DNA of 54,160 nt, counting the filler, from Basidiobolus ranarum (Eukaryota), in assembly GCA_040143965.1 (NCBI GenBank). It is 4 parts of 4 records of this genome, joined end to end, with 100 filler letters (N's around TTAATTAATTAA, not from the genome) between each part and the next. Parts side by side here need not be neighbours in the genome. Positions count along the whole stretch, not along the records: positions 1 to 13,491 come from JASJQH010000478.1; positions 13,592 to 27,061 come from JASJQH010000479.1; 2 more parts are not named here. One strand, given 5' to 3'. The position numbers and the translations under genes were made by a program. The notes below the pieces were generated by a model. The model was given only the letters and a program-made list of their open reading frames with translations, was not told where the DNA came from and did not search any database. The first letter of the stretch is position 1, and each line of letters begins with the position of its first letter. Positions 9,801 to 22,060 of this stretch are shown here, piece after piece.

Positions 9801-10393
9801 CCTCCATGAAATCCTCTTACCGTTTGAGATCACTTCCACTCGTTAAAGTTTCACCGATACATATTATATACACACCCAGCCATTAATATGAAAAGCTTAT
9901 TTATTCAGAATGTAATACATAATAATGAACAGTCTCAAGGCCCCAATTGGGATAGTTGATTACTATAAATTGAAGTCACGGTCACAGTCTGGTCAATTCG
10001 TACATCAAGGTATTACTTGAGGCTTTCACATCTTCATACAACGCAGACAAGAACGGAAACGCTACCCTAAGTTTCTACCAAACATTCTCCAAAAGTAAAG
10101 GGTGTGTAATTAATGCTTGCCTGATTGAAAACTAACTTTATTATCATTATTCCATTGTTCATCGTTACTCCCCTCCCCTCCCAAATCCTCAAGTATACTT
10201 AGATATAGAGCATTTGTTTCTCCGTTTTATTAACGTTCATAAGAGTCTCTTTGAATCCCATAGCATCTAGGTCTTCTTTTAGAACTCGCTTTATTTAGTT
10301 TTTAGCAGGGCTTGTTCATTCGATCTTACTCTATAGAAGTGATCAATTGACGATTATTTATTTAGACTAGCAAACACTCAATCCCATTCAAGT

Positions 10394-12362
10394 ATGAGTA
10401 AGAGCAGAAAAGGTTGCGAGATTTTCCATTCAGAACGTGAAGAGGAATCGAAATCCTATTTCCCTTCAAAGCAGTCGATCTTATCTTTCCAAAATCACCA
10501 GAGAGAATCTGATCGAACAGTTGAACATTTCGATTTCGAGTTGGTCGACGAGAAATTCATGTGGGACACTCCTCATGAAAACGACAATCTCTCTGGAACT
10601 CCCATCTCTATTACTGAGATTTCCTCTCATGTTAATCCAACCTCTTTATTCCTTCATTCCGGAACAATGCCTCCGAGTGAAATGTGGGTTCCATGTTAAC
10701 TATTAACTCTTTGAATACCTTCACTAAACTGTCGTTTTCTAAAGGAGTGAGCTCACAACTAGCTCGGAGAGTCATACTAACTCGGATGAAGAGGGTGAAG
10801 GTGAAGGTGAAGGTGAGATTGAGAATCATTCTGAACCTTCAACCACCTCAGATAACCAGCCAGCGGCTTCTGACTGGATTAAAAAGTAACTCTTCATAAC
10901 TACTCTTCTTTCATGCTATACATAACTGATCACATTCTTTACTCTCAACAGTGACCCTTATGATGACGAAAATATCCCGGAAATTGATGATATCGATCCA
11001 GACTTCGTTCATTCCTTGAGTGATATTGAGCCCAGTTTAGTAGAAACACCCATTCCTAATAAGAAACGTAGTGGATGGTTGAAATTGATTTTAAGTGTAC
11101 TCCCGATATTCTGTGCTATATTGCTCATCCAAATGCCCGATTCTACGCTTGATATTCTACTCACCACTTTGGAGCAACATGGTCTTTTCCCAAGTTTGAA
11201 GAATGATTACCTCTCAATCGCTCCACAAAAACTTACAGAAAGGGTATGCCTTGCTCCGGCATCACCTACCTATTCATACATGTTCCTTTCAGAGTGTTTC
11301 CGAGAGGAATGTGAGGTAATTGTGGTAGCCAAAGACCTTCAAGGAAATCCCAAGACAGCCGGCGGTGATACCTTCACTGCGACAGAAATCAATCTCAATA
11401 AGGATCAATACAACATTACTTTGCCTATTTATGATATCGGAAATGGAAGGTATTTGGTAAATGTTCCTCGACCTAACAAGCAGGCGGAATCCATTGTTCA
11501 AGTGACATTGGCAGTTACGATGAAGGAGATCAGCAATTCGCCTTTGACTGTTCTTTGGCCTGCGGATAAAACTGAGAAATACGCAGAAGTTGCATCCGAG
11601 GGATCTCCGATCAAAGAAGGATCGATAATGAAAACTGAGGAGCCAGAGGTTCATCACCAAGAGGATACCCTTACTCTGCCAGATGTTGAAATCATTCCAG
11701 ATATAGATCCTATGTCCATTCCTTCTGAGCTAAACGCTGAGTTACATGACCCTCCAACTCCCTTTGTTCCCTATCAAAAAGAAAGCCAGACTGCAGCAGA
11801 TGCCTACACTGAAGAACCCACTCAGTTGGTAGAAAGTACTCTAGAACAAAATGAGGATATTCATACAATCTACGAACATGATAAACCCGCTACACAACAA
11901 CCAGTTGAGACTACCAAAATCCCTGAAGATGTTGAAACCACAGAGACCCAACATACTTCCACTGAACAATTTGAGCAAACTGTGAAGCATGTGAATAAGG
12001 AAAAAACTTGTCCTATATATTCTTTGAACTGTCACCTCCGCCACTTAGACATTGCCACTCCTATTAAGGGTGCCGTACAGAGTGCTTTGAGTATCCGCAG
12101 CCGTATGAGGAACAATATCATGAATGCCCTGAGCCATCTCAATGTTGCATTTGACAAACGTTTTAAATCTATTGCGGGAAATTCACTCACTCATATAGTC
12201 GAAGCCAGACGTTTCGCCAGAGATACACTTTTCAATGGTGTAAATAAGGTGAGGGGATATACCCAAGTCGTAGGAAGAATTGCAATCAACTGGAGACAAC
12301 AGACAAGGAAAAGCTTTTCAGTCATAGGAGATAGAATCAAGCGTCTCTTTCGTCGTAACTAA
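10394..12362 (+). CDS. Uncharacterised single-pass membrane protein with one filamin/ABP280-type Ig repeat; exons 10394-10683, 10745-10885, 10952-12362
   Basis: Two frame-preserving GT-AG introns join the upstream ORF to the 448-aa ORF. Hydrophobic segment WLKLILSVLPIFCAILLI; filamin-repeat pattern AKDLQGNPKTAGGDTF...DIGNGRYLV...ISNSPLTV. Confidence 0.8.
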
Positions 12363-13392
12363 TGGTCTTTAGTGGGTAAAATCCATCTCATACTGCTCAC
12401 TCCAACCTCTACAATGAAAATTCCGTTCATTATTCACTCAAAGGCATGGATCTTCTTTTCTTTATATACTTTCCAATTTGAATTTGTCAACTTTTCGTTT
12501 GCTGTTTGATATTCTTACAGCGTTTGTCTACCTAGTTCGTCAATACATTCTCAGATATATAGTGACAAAATGACGAGATTATGACTCCTAGAATTCTCAC
12601 CACCCAACCCACACTTACTTCCGATCTTCATGTAATTTTCCCTTTATTATTTCTGCTGATCATGATAGAGTTTTACTAGGATCTAGATAGTAGTATACTC
12701 TTTGTAAAGAGGTTACCAGACTTTACATATGATCTTCATTTTCTAATTGCGTTCGTCTTCGATTGACTTAATTATAAAGAGATTCGCAATTTGACAGTTA
12801 CATTGATTGATTTTTAGAATGATTGTCGTGAACAATAATAACTCGCGTGAAATATTCAATCACGAATTTCAGATGTCCCAACGTTACTATAATGTACCAT
12901 GGAAGGAGAGTGACTATTGACTAGCTGTCCCCATATTTGCACATATGGATAGTTGGAGTCGATTCAATCAAATATGACTAAACAAACTTCCTGAAGATTC
13001 ACTGTTCATCCACCGCCCTTTTATCTGGCAGGATTGTTCCTTGATATATTTATGGGAATTTCTTTAATTCACCTAAAATTCAACATTCAAAACACTGAAT
13101 TTCAATATTATCGTGGATTAAGAAATGCGATAATAATTATGTGAGGTGGTATTCACCCCATCATCTAATCCTTCAAGTCCTAAATTATTTTGATGTGAAA
13201 GAGCCCAGTATTTCTAGCATGATGATAGGCACTCTTGTTAGTATGAACTGTATTTGGGCAACTATCACTTAATATACTAGTGCTTATTATGGGTGAGTAA
13301 GCGAGCTTTCTTTAGGTTTACAAACCAAGTGACAAACTTTCAGCTTCACTCCAAAAGTTGATAAAAGTATTCGATACTGTAGCCACATAATC

Positions 13393-13480
13393 TATTGAAA
13401 TTAACATAGCCTAAACACCTATATAGTCATATATAGCTTAGTATTTTAGTCATTCCATATTGAACTAAGATATCACCTCA
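13393..13480 (+). mobile_element. 5' fragment of a family A LTR at a contig end
   Basis: tattgaaattaacatagcctaaacac...gaactaagatatcacc matches the starts of the LTRs at 37263 and 38934. Confidence 0.7.
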
Positions 13481-13491
13481 AGAGGAATTTA

Positions 13492-13591
13492 NNNNNNNNN
13501 NNNNNNNNNNNNNNNNNNNNNNNNNNNNNNNNNNNTTAATTAATTAANNNNNNNNNNNNNNNNNNNNNNNNNNNNNNNNNNNNNNNNNNNN
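13492..13591. other. Artificial contig linker (N44-TTAATTAATTAA-N44)
   Basis: Six-frame stop linker flanked by Ns; identical to 27062-27161 and 40615-40714. Confidence 0.95.
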
Positions 13592-16500
13592 TGCACTTAC
13601 AATGCTTAGGGTGTTTCGAAATGGTATGTTCATAATTACTGCTTGAACCCTGGTATTAAGTGAAATACAACTCCACTAGCAATTTTGAGTTCGGTTAGGA
13701 AAATGGAGCCCAATACCCTTTAAGTACCATCTCCGAACCACCTCCAAATCCGCCTTCTGAACTCTAATCGATCACGCTATAATTGATCACTTGCCGCAAT
13801 CCTGAAATTCATGAAATCTGCTGCGGATAATCACTTGCATAGACAATCTTGTACCACTACAAGATACAAGGTAGAGTTGAAGCTCTCAAAATATCTCTCG
13901 GAATATATATATGCAACCGCGTGGAGGCTATCTTTGTCCGTGACTCTTACCCGGTGTGGACAGCTGGATGAAGACCAAACACCGCAACTTGAGCAATGGC
14001 AAAATGTATTGCCCATCTTGGCTCTTCTGAAATCAATAAAAATTACCTTCAAGCCCAGAGTCATTCTATCTTTATGTTGGGTCATAGATGAAATTTACAT
14101 ATTTGAGCCCTGCACCAATAGATCATATAGTTAAGATAAGTCTCTTTTAGTAGATGAATATTTGGGATTGGCAATTATATTTAGTTTTTTAACTTGTAGG
14201 AGTCGCGTGATAAATGGCATAATATTCAACGATCATTAGAGCAAAGTCATCTTTGGCGAAGGTAATTAAATATAAATTGACCTCACTTTGTGCCAGCAGA
14301 AGCCCCTAAAAACAAAACTATAAATCCCTATCGCTGGATGCAAAAATAGCCTACATAGCCTATGAATAGTTTGGGCCTAGGCGGCTAAATATTTCAAGCG
14401 TAAGGGTAATAGTTTAGCACCAAATAGAAAAGTTTATCTACAGTTCAGACAAACTAATTCCCCTTGTTTTGTTCCACTAAACCACCAGTTGTGCAATAGA
14501 GATCATATTATGAATTGGTTGATGAAACCATCCATTAATGAGCGAACTAGGCTATGTATATCAAAACCACTAAAACTTCATCTGGGAAATAGGTGGATCA
14601 ATTGCAATCAATCACCCTGGCCCATATGACAAAATCTCCTTTGTAGGCAATACGGATTATATCAAAGCCAACGACAATTACATACTATTGCTTAATGATG
14701 TACCAAAAAGAAAAACCACACTAACGACCCACCTGAAACACTATCAAATTCCTGATTCCACCTCATTAGTGTATGAGTAAGCGGATGTTTTCGTTATATT
14801 CAGCTTTTTGAGCACTGGTCCTACAATAGCGACTTAAATAAGAGTGCCCCAGATTGAGATGGATACAAGTTTATCAACATTTGAATAGGGTGAAACCTTT
14901 CACCCGAATCTCCTTGTGATAAAAAAGCTAACCTTAAACCAATTAAACCAGCCATTATTAATTTTTAGCTGGGCGTCCATCAGACCCAACGCTAAACTGT
15001 CAAGCATTAGTTTGCAGACATACATATTATATCCCAAAATGACGCTAGTATCATGATAGTAACGATAGTGGAGTCTTTATACTAGCCCCAGTTTGTGCTG
15101 CTCATACTGCAGTTGAGATAGTGAGGATAATCTCCTCAACTGATGTTCATTAACGAAGTTAGCCAATGCCCATGCTGGCTGGTCTTATTCAGTTATTGTT
15201 AGTCGTATGTAGAAAGAGAATCACAAGAATAAATTCCCTTTTTAGTTTCCTGAAAAACAAGCTTCCGCTCCCTGACTTGATCACCTAGTTCTCGCATAGT
15301 TTCTACTAATAATAACGTGCTATAAATAATAATAGTGTTGGAGGCTAAGGTTCAGATTTAGGATCCAAATCTCACTCTCCCTCTTACCTCCCACATGCGA
15401 GTGTCTGTTCATTGGATATGGCAATTGTCAATCATGAATGGGTATTCCGTATTACCGAAGTCATCGCATCAGAATTACCATGTCTTGGTTTCCATATTAA
15501 ATATGCTGGTCAGGGAACTTTCAAGATTCATTGTAATCATATTGATTTATTACGATGATAAAATTAGCGATGAAGAGCGAATGCTGGCCGTTCTATACAT
15601 AGCTCTGCTCTACGAATTTCCCTTTTGGGTCACATATAAGCTTACTGAATGGGATGAGTGAAAATGTCACAGGGATATATTCCCTTTTTGGGAAGATCTG
15701 TTCATTGCAACAAGGTGGGTAGTTGCTAGAGGTGTAGAAAATATGTGTGTAACAGTAAGAGGGTTAATTCACTTCATCGCCAAATGGTTAAGGACCAATC
15801 CACGCTTGACTTTGGATACGTGTTAAGGAATTGCAGAGCTATTCTCGGTGTCTGAACTTTTAATTCCTTTCGACAAGACAATTGAGCGATGTATAATTAT
15901 TCTTGTACGACATTCCCTTGCCTACTTATTGGTTTTGGTTACCCAATGTTAAGCGTTTTTGCAGCGATGTATATCGACCGGTTTTGTCGTGGTGTTCATA
16001 TGATATGATGGACAAACATGGTTCAGTAAGGTAAGCTCCGGCTTAGAGTTATTTCCAAGATATTTGCCGCGAACTAGAGCGCTCACCCTGGAATCGAACG
16101 AACTTCAATAATACCAGTGGGTGATATCAGAGGTAAAGGTTGCCAAGAAATCAGCCTGCGTGCAGAGGTTTGTTTTAAAATACAGTGCGATTAAGTTGGT
16201 CTGATGGAAAAGGAATGCCTTTTCTGAATTCGGTATTTTTGTGATTATTTTAGAATACCCAGATTAATTCATTGATTTCTGCTGATAGTTTATTTGGTAT
16301 CACTTTTCTTGAGTTGACTATTGGCAGCTTGCTGGTATGAAACATGAATGAAAAATTGAATTGACAGCAGCAGGTTGAATGATTTCACCATACCCGTTTT
16401 GATGTTGGAGATATGGATTCAATTCAATTTACTCCTATATCTGTATGTTCTCCCAGAATATTTAAGAACCCAACTCTCGCCCCTAATCTATAAACTATAA

Positions 16501-16631
16501 TCGCCTTTTCTTTCTTTTGTTCTTGAGCAATCTTCCAGAAAAGTTCCATTATTTTTCTTATTCTATTCCAAGTTTTCACTACGTGTGAATTTAGTACTCT
16601 TAGTATCATAAGCATCTAAAGATTTTATAAC

Positions 16632-17522
16632 ATGGCTACAGCAATGGAGACTTACTATGGTTACGTTGAGAATGTTCATGACGCCCTTCTCATATTCGAA
16701 GCCTGTCGACTTGGTCAGCTGCGTCGTGTCCAAAGACGGTTAAGCGATAAGGAGCGTCGTAGCCTTCGTTCCGGGTCCGTCTATGTATGGGAGGAGGAGG
16801 AAGCCAGTATGAAACGATGGACAGATGGCCGTACTTGGTCTCCTTCTCGAGTTCATGGTTGCTTTTTAACCTATCGCGAACTTGAAAACAAACGAAAATC
16901 TGCGAAGATTAACGAGTCCCCAACACTGTACGGCTACTGTTCTGATCTTGAGCAGTCATCTGACCATTTTCAATACAAATCAGACGGTTTGATCAAACAA
17001 TCTCTATGCTATACCACTGCCAACGGCCACCGTTTACACCTTATTTCTTATCATAACAAATACCATGTTGCTACTGGTAATCTTCGTACACCGGCAAGAG
17101 AGCCATCATTTGCACATATCACCATTCCCAAGGGATTGTACCCAGATATGACTCAAGAATTCTCAGCCAATGGCGGGTTTTCGATCCCAGTAGAAGAGAA
17201 TTTCGCTCCACGTAACATGCCAAGAAGGCCATCATACATGCGCATACCTCTCTCCCAACCTCAGCCACACATCCAGACTCAACACCAGTCTCAATCTCGG
17301 TCGGTATCTTCCAGTGAAAAGCCTCGATCTTTGAGCCCTTCAAGCTGCCCAAGCCCTACATTTCGTGAATACGAGCTTCCCAGCCTAAGATCGCCTAGTC
17401 CTCCACAATGGGAACCATTACCACCTCTTGATATCCCATGTCTGAACGTTCAAATTAGCCGATCTCTTCATAGTGAAGACCGCCGACAGCTCTCGGTACT
17501 ATCGGTTGCTCTTACCCTCTGA
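16632..17522 (+). CDS. Gti1/Pac2 (WOPR) family transcription regulator, 296 aa, intronless
   Basis: TYYGYV...DALLIFEAC...RRL...ER...RSGSVYVWEE...KRWTDGRTWSPSR...FLTYRE (WOPRa) and YKSDGLIKQS...HLISY (WOPRb), followed by an S/P-rich tail. Confidence 0.93.
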   Translation: MATAMETYYGYVENVHDALLIFEACRLGQLRRVQRRLSDKERRSLRSGSVYVWEEEEASMKRWTDGRTWSPSRVHGCFLTYRELENKRKSAKINESPTLYGYCSDLEQSSDHFQYKSDGLIKQSLCYTTANGHRLHLISYHNKYHVATGNLRTPAREPSFAHITIPKGLYPDMTQEFSANGGFSIPVEENFAPRNMPRRPSYMRIPLSQPQPHIQTQHQSQSRSVSSSEKPRSLSPSSCPSPTFREYELPSLRSPSPPQWEPLPPLDIPCLNVQISRSLHSEDRRQLSVLSVALTL

Positions 17523-20500
17523 AACTATGTGGCTTCATAGAGCATGACATGTGTAGATATCCCATTTCTTCATGGCCATTTAGTCGCATGGCTCCATATT
17601 TTTCCAATTCAATTTATTTCAAGATAATCGACGTATACTTAGTATGGTTTCTCGGCTCTGATTAATTATTATTGCTATGATACTTCACTTTTATCTTGGC
17701 CGTGATATTCTCTTCATGTATATAGTGAACACCAGTTGCTATTTTGCTTTCCAGCCAACCTTTTTAGTTGTCATTTGGTCACTTTACTGCCTGCTTTGAA
17801 GATGGCATTCGAAATGCACCAACGAGGGACCGATTCTACGTCTTCACTATTTCTCACCGGTCTGAGAGATTTGAATTAGTTTTGTGCTTTCATATGAAAG
17901 AATCTATATTGATCTCTATTGAGCCTGGTACACCTCCTTATCCTTCCACAACTGCGAAATTTGACTTTTTATGACTTTTTGTCTGGACCACTATACAAAA
18001 TAAAAGTATGTTGTATATACGAAACTTGCTCATTTTGGAAGACATCTGAACCCATTCATATTGTGTAAATCGTTCCTTCAACTGGAGCTATTTTGGGGGA
18101 TGGGGGTATAACCACTTCCCAAAGCTCAAGTTGAGATGAGCCTTGAAGAAACCAATCCAGTCAGAGCGCTGCGAGGTCATCAACATTGCTCATTCCGAAT
18201 AGATTGGTTTCTTCAAATCTGATCAACTCAATATAGTTTTGATTAAAGTGATTCAAATAACATTTATGTCTATCTAGTGACTCTTGTGCACGAAATCAAT
18301 ATATAGTACAACTATTCTTACCAATGACACCTCCATCCTAGATTCCCCTATCTTTGGAAGGGATCTTCCAAACATGGAAATTCAAGGCTTGTGATTCTCA
18401 CTCGGGTCTCAAACCGGCTGTAGATAAGGCACTTCTTATTTCCGGAAGCAGTAATAATTATCACAAGGATAATAGGGACACACCAGCGAAAGAACATATG
18501 ACTCTGAAGTTCAAAAACTCTAATGCAAATTACATTTGGCAGTTCATATTAGCATCTATTTGTGTGAAAGGAGGAATGGTCTCGGAAAGGTGCGATCGGT
18601 TATATATGGGCTTATTGATGGATAATCTAAAAGGTAACCCATGATTTATCCTCGACTTTTCTTCTGTCCAGACAATATCGTCACGATGGGCTCGGCTTTC
18701 TCTAGCTCCCCTTCAAGCATCTGAAATCTCTGTTTATATGGCCACTTAGCACTTACTAATATCACTCTTAATTGATTGAAATTGGAGACGCATGTTGCAG
18801 GCCTTTTCTTTCATTCAGATCCCAGAATGGTAACATGACCAGGTGAACGTGTGAATACGCCGGAATTCCGGTTAATCAAAGGTCGTGGTGTATGTCCCCC
18901 CCCATTTAAAAGATTAGCCGATTAACTAACTAAATGGATACAACTTAAGCTTAATTGGATCAAAGCATTATTAGTGCATGCGTGGTGAGGAACTGAATTG
19001 ATCTATGTAGTGATCCGATTCAACCACATCATTATGACATGTAAGAACAATGGGAATGGAAATGAGAATTGGATCTAGGATCGAGGAATTCTATCCCAAG
19101 TCTGGATTTACTCACACTAACGTAAGAGAAATATTGATCAGGGGAAGAGGACTCCATTATCTTTTGATGGGTCATCAGCTTCGAGTATTGTGTACATCTT
19201 GAGACCAACCAAGTAAACAGAGTGACCATAAATTGTTAAATAGCTCTCATCATCCTTATCGGTTCTCCTTATATTCAGCCTAGCTTGGCCCTTAATCTAC
19301 ACCCCTATTAGATCTTCAGTTGATTTTTGGACCACTTGGGTTAACATCATAATCTAGGGCAATCATTGGCTTGCCTCTAATACATAACTAGAGATTAATG
19401 AGTACGATTTGGTGTATGATTGAATTGAAGGCAGCTTCTGGGTAATTCAAAGAGACATAACTCGAGTGAGTGAAATTGCCGCCAATTGATGATTAGCGTT
19501 TCCTGATTATGGAGCCTAGTTGGGGGCTCAGTCAGAGATGTCCCATGCGGACATTGGTACCAATGAAGAGGCCGTCGGATTATTGGCGTTTAGAGTGTTG
19601 CCATGATTTCTTTCAAGATCAGGTATGGTTTGAATTGCTTGTTGGTGAACGGGATTGTCCCGTATTGTGATGAAATGACTCCAATAGAAACCACCATCTA
19701 TTTTCTGGTGGGAGTGTAGCCGGTTTAATCTGCTTTAAGATCAACTTCGGACACAATTGGTGAGTTAGTGGTCAGAAATTGAGAAGAATTGACAATAAAT
19801 AACTATTGTGTTGCCATTATTCCAGATGGTGCTACGGATTAGATATGCTCAGATCCTATCAATGCAGTTTCTATGCACGCATTAGAAAAACACCGCTACG
19901 CGTCCATGGCCCAGGTTCATTGTATACAAGCATAAGGACGAATTAAAAGTGAATATTCCATACATGAAGCATTCGACACACTACAAACAACAAGTAGAGA
20001 TGTGGAGGGCAAAACAAAGAGGTAATTGAGCATTCATCGCGGTGAGAGTTTTCCCATTATGGTATTCTTCAAGCAAGCTCGGCAAGTCAGCTGTCAATTG
20101 GTGAGTGTCAAAAAACCTGCCTCTAAGCAGATTGTGGAACTAACTAATGTTGAAAATGATACATCGTGAATGCAAGTACAATGGGATGAGATTTCCCAGA
20201 AAGGTTTCACGAACATATTCAATAGATACGTGTATTGATTCCTAATGGTTTAGTTACACGCAAGTTAAACGAGTAATCCAAATATTAAATGTGAAGGATA
20301 GCAATTCACTCATTTGATGAGGGCTTAATATAGATCTGTCCGGTATTTATAGTTGGTCATCCGGGAAATATTTCTACTCCTTCTCAGAGGTAGAGCTTTT
20401 TTTTGGTACTCATGTTTGTCATCCGGAAAATATTCTTAGCCCTTCTCAATTGATTTGTCAGCTCGCCAAAGTGATGCGCTATTGTGATGAGCAATTTGAA

Positions 20501-21426
20501 ATATATTTGGCCAATCCTTTGTGTCAGTCATTAACTTGGGACAAGAAAGTGTATAGAATCGTTGCTCTTGGGATTTCTTTAGAGTCATTGATGCTACACT
20601 GATACTGATAATTTGTCTACTATGGTGTCCATTCGAAATCTTGCCATTGCTACCCTAATTGGGCAATATTTACATTGGTCAACTTTTATAAACTGCAATT
20701 AGCATTAGCACAGAAGAAGATGCCACGCGCTGACGGAGTTTGATCTACATCCACTTCGTCCTTGCACCATATTGAACTTCTTAGTGGCATGTTTATTGGT
20801 TCTGAGCTTCATCCAGAGTTGATCCTGATTCATCATAGATATTTCATTCACTCTTCTCTTTTGTAGTTTCTTTTGCTATAAAATCTGGTAGCAAGCAACC
20901 ATCTCTGGTAACTTTGATGAAGACCAGGTAGTCAGTATAATTTTCCTAATATTTACTTTGATGTGTGTCTACTAACTGTAAAGCGAATAAGCTGTGGTTC
21001 AAAATACGCTTCCAGATATTCTCGACTATATCATTATACTTCTTTTTTTCTTGATATAGTGTGTGAAATCCAACCAACTTGAATAAACATCATATTGAGA
21101 TTGGTTCTGGTTGCTAACTCTAGTAAAGTAGAAGCTCTGTTACATATTACTAAATGAATGCAAGAAGTCGGATGACGTCATATGATGAGTAAGATGTTTT
21201 AAATATTAATTACGCTCTACAAGTAAGAATTAAGCAGCCTATCTGGTCAATGAGTTTGGACTTTTAACCTCCCCTCACCCTTCATTTACTAAAGCCCCTG
21301 CTTGCATTATACCCCAAATGATCATCAATTAGAAAGACAACTTAAGAGAGTTTAGAGAACAGTGGGTGCCAGTATGAAGATTTTCCTATTCCAGTCCATA
21401 GGTTTCTTCTGCTAACTGCAGACAAT

Positions 21427-21739
21427 ATGTCTGAAGAAACGGAGCCTAATATAAATCTTAAAACTGTCTCTTTTGACGCACGTTTCCCTAACCAAAACCA
21501 AACCAAACACTGTTGGCAAAATTATGTCGATTATTATAAATGCATCACCGCTCGTGGTGAGAACTTCTCTCCGTGTAAACAATTCTATCGTTCTTTCAGA
21601 AGTCTCTGTCCTGATGACTGGGTAAATGATTCTACTGTACAATTGTCAGTTAGTTATTTCTAATATTTGGTTCTGTTAGATTGACCGTTGGGACCAACAA
21701 AGAGAAGCCGGCACCAACCCCTCCGATATGACTCCCTAA
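21427..21739 (+). CDS. COX12: Cytochrome c oxidase subunit 6B; exons 21427-21621 and 21680-21739; probable 5'UTR intron 21372-21421
   Basis: FDARFPNQNQTKHCWQNYVDYYKC...C..F...LCP..WIDRW motif. The upstream GTATGA...GCTAAC..CAG intron ends just before the ATG. Confidence 0.95.
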
Positions 21740-22060
21740 TCTTTGCGTATAAAGTCACCTTCATTGTTGTTCTGCTATATTTCTGACGTGTCAAAATAAA
21801 CCTTATTTATAGCTTATTATCATGGTGCTCTTTTAATCGTTCTTACTTGGGATTGGCTAAGGATCATTGGCATCTTATCTCAACATGTGCTGATGGAATA
21901 TCTCAAGATAAATCGGATTTCAAATAATGGCATAATATTTTTTACTGATTGTTTACAAAAGGAGATGAAGATTACGAAAATTCTGGGATGCATAAGATTG
22001 TATATCACTAGGTATGGTTTCAGTCACTAAAAGTTTAATCTATGTATGTCGATAGCAGTC

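Noticed and set aside
13536-13547. TTAATTAATTAA palindrome occurring three times inside N runs
   Set aside because: Artificial six-frame-stop contig linker. Adjacency across these joins is not evidence of linkage, and the truncations of AFG3 and MLH3 are assembly effects.
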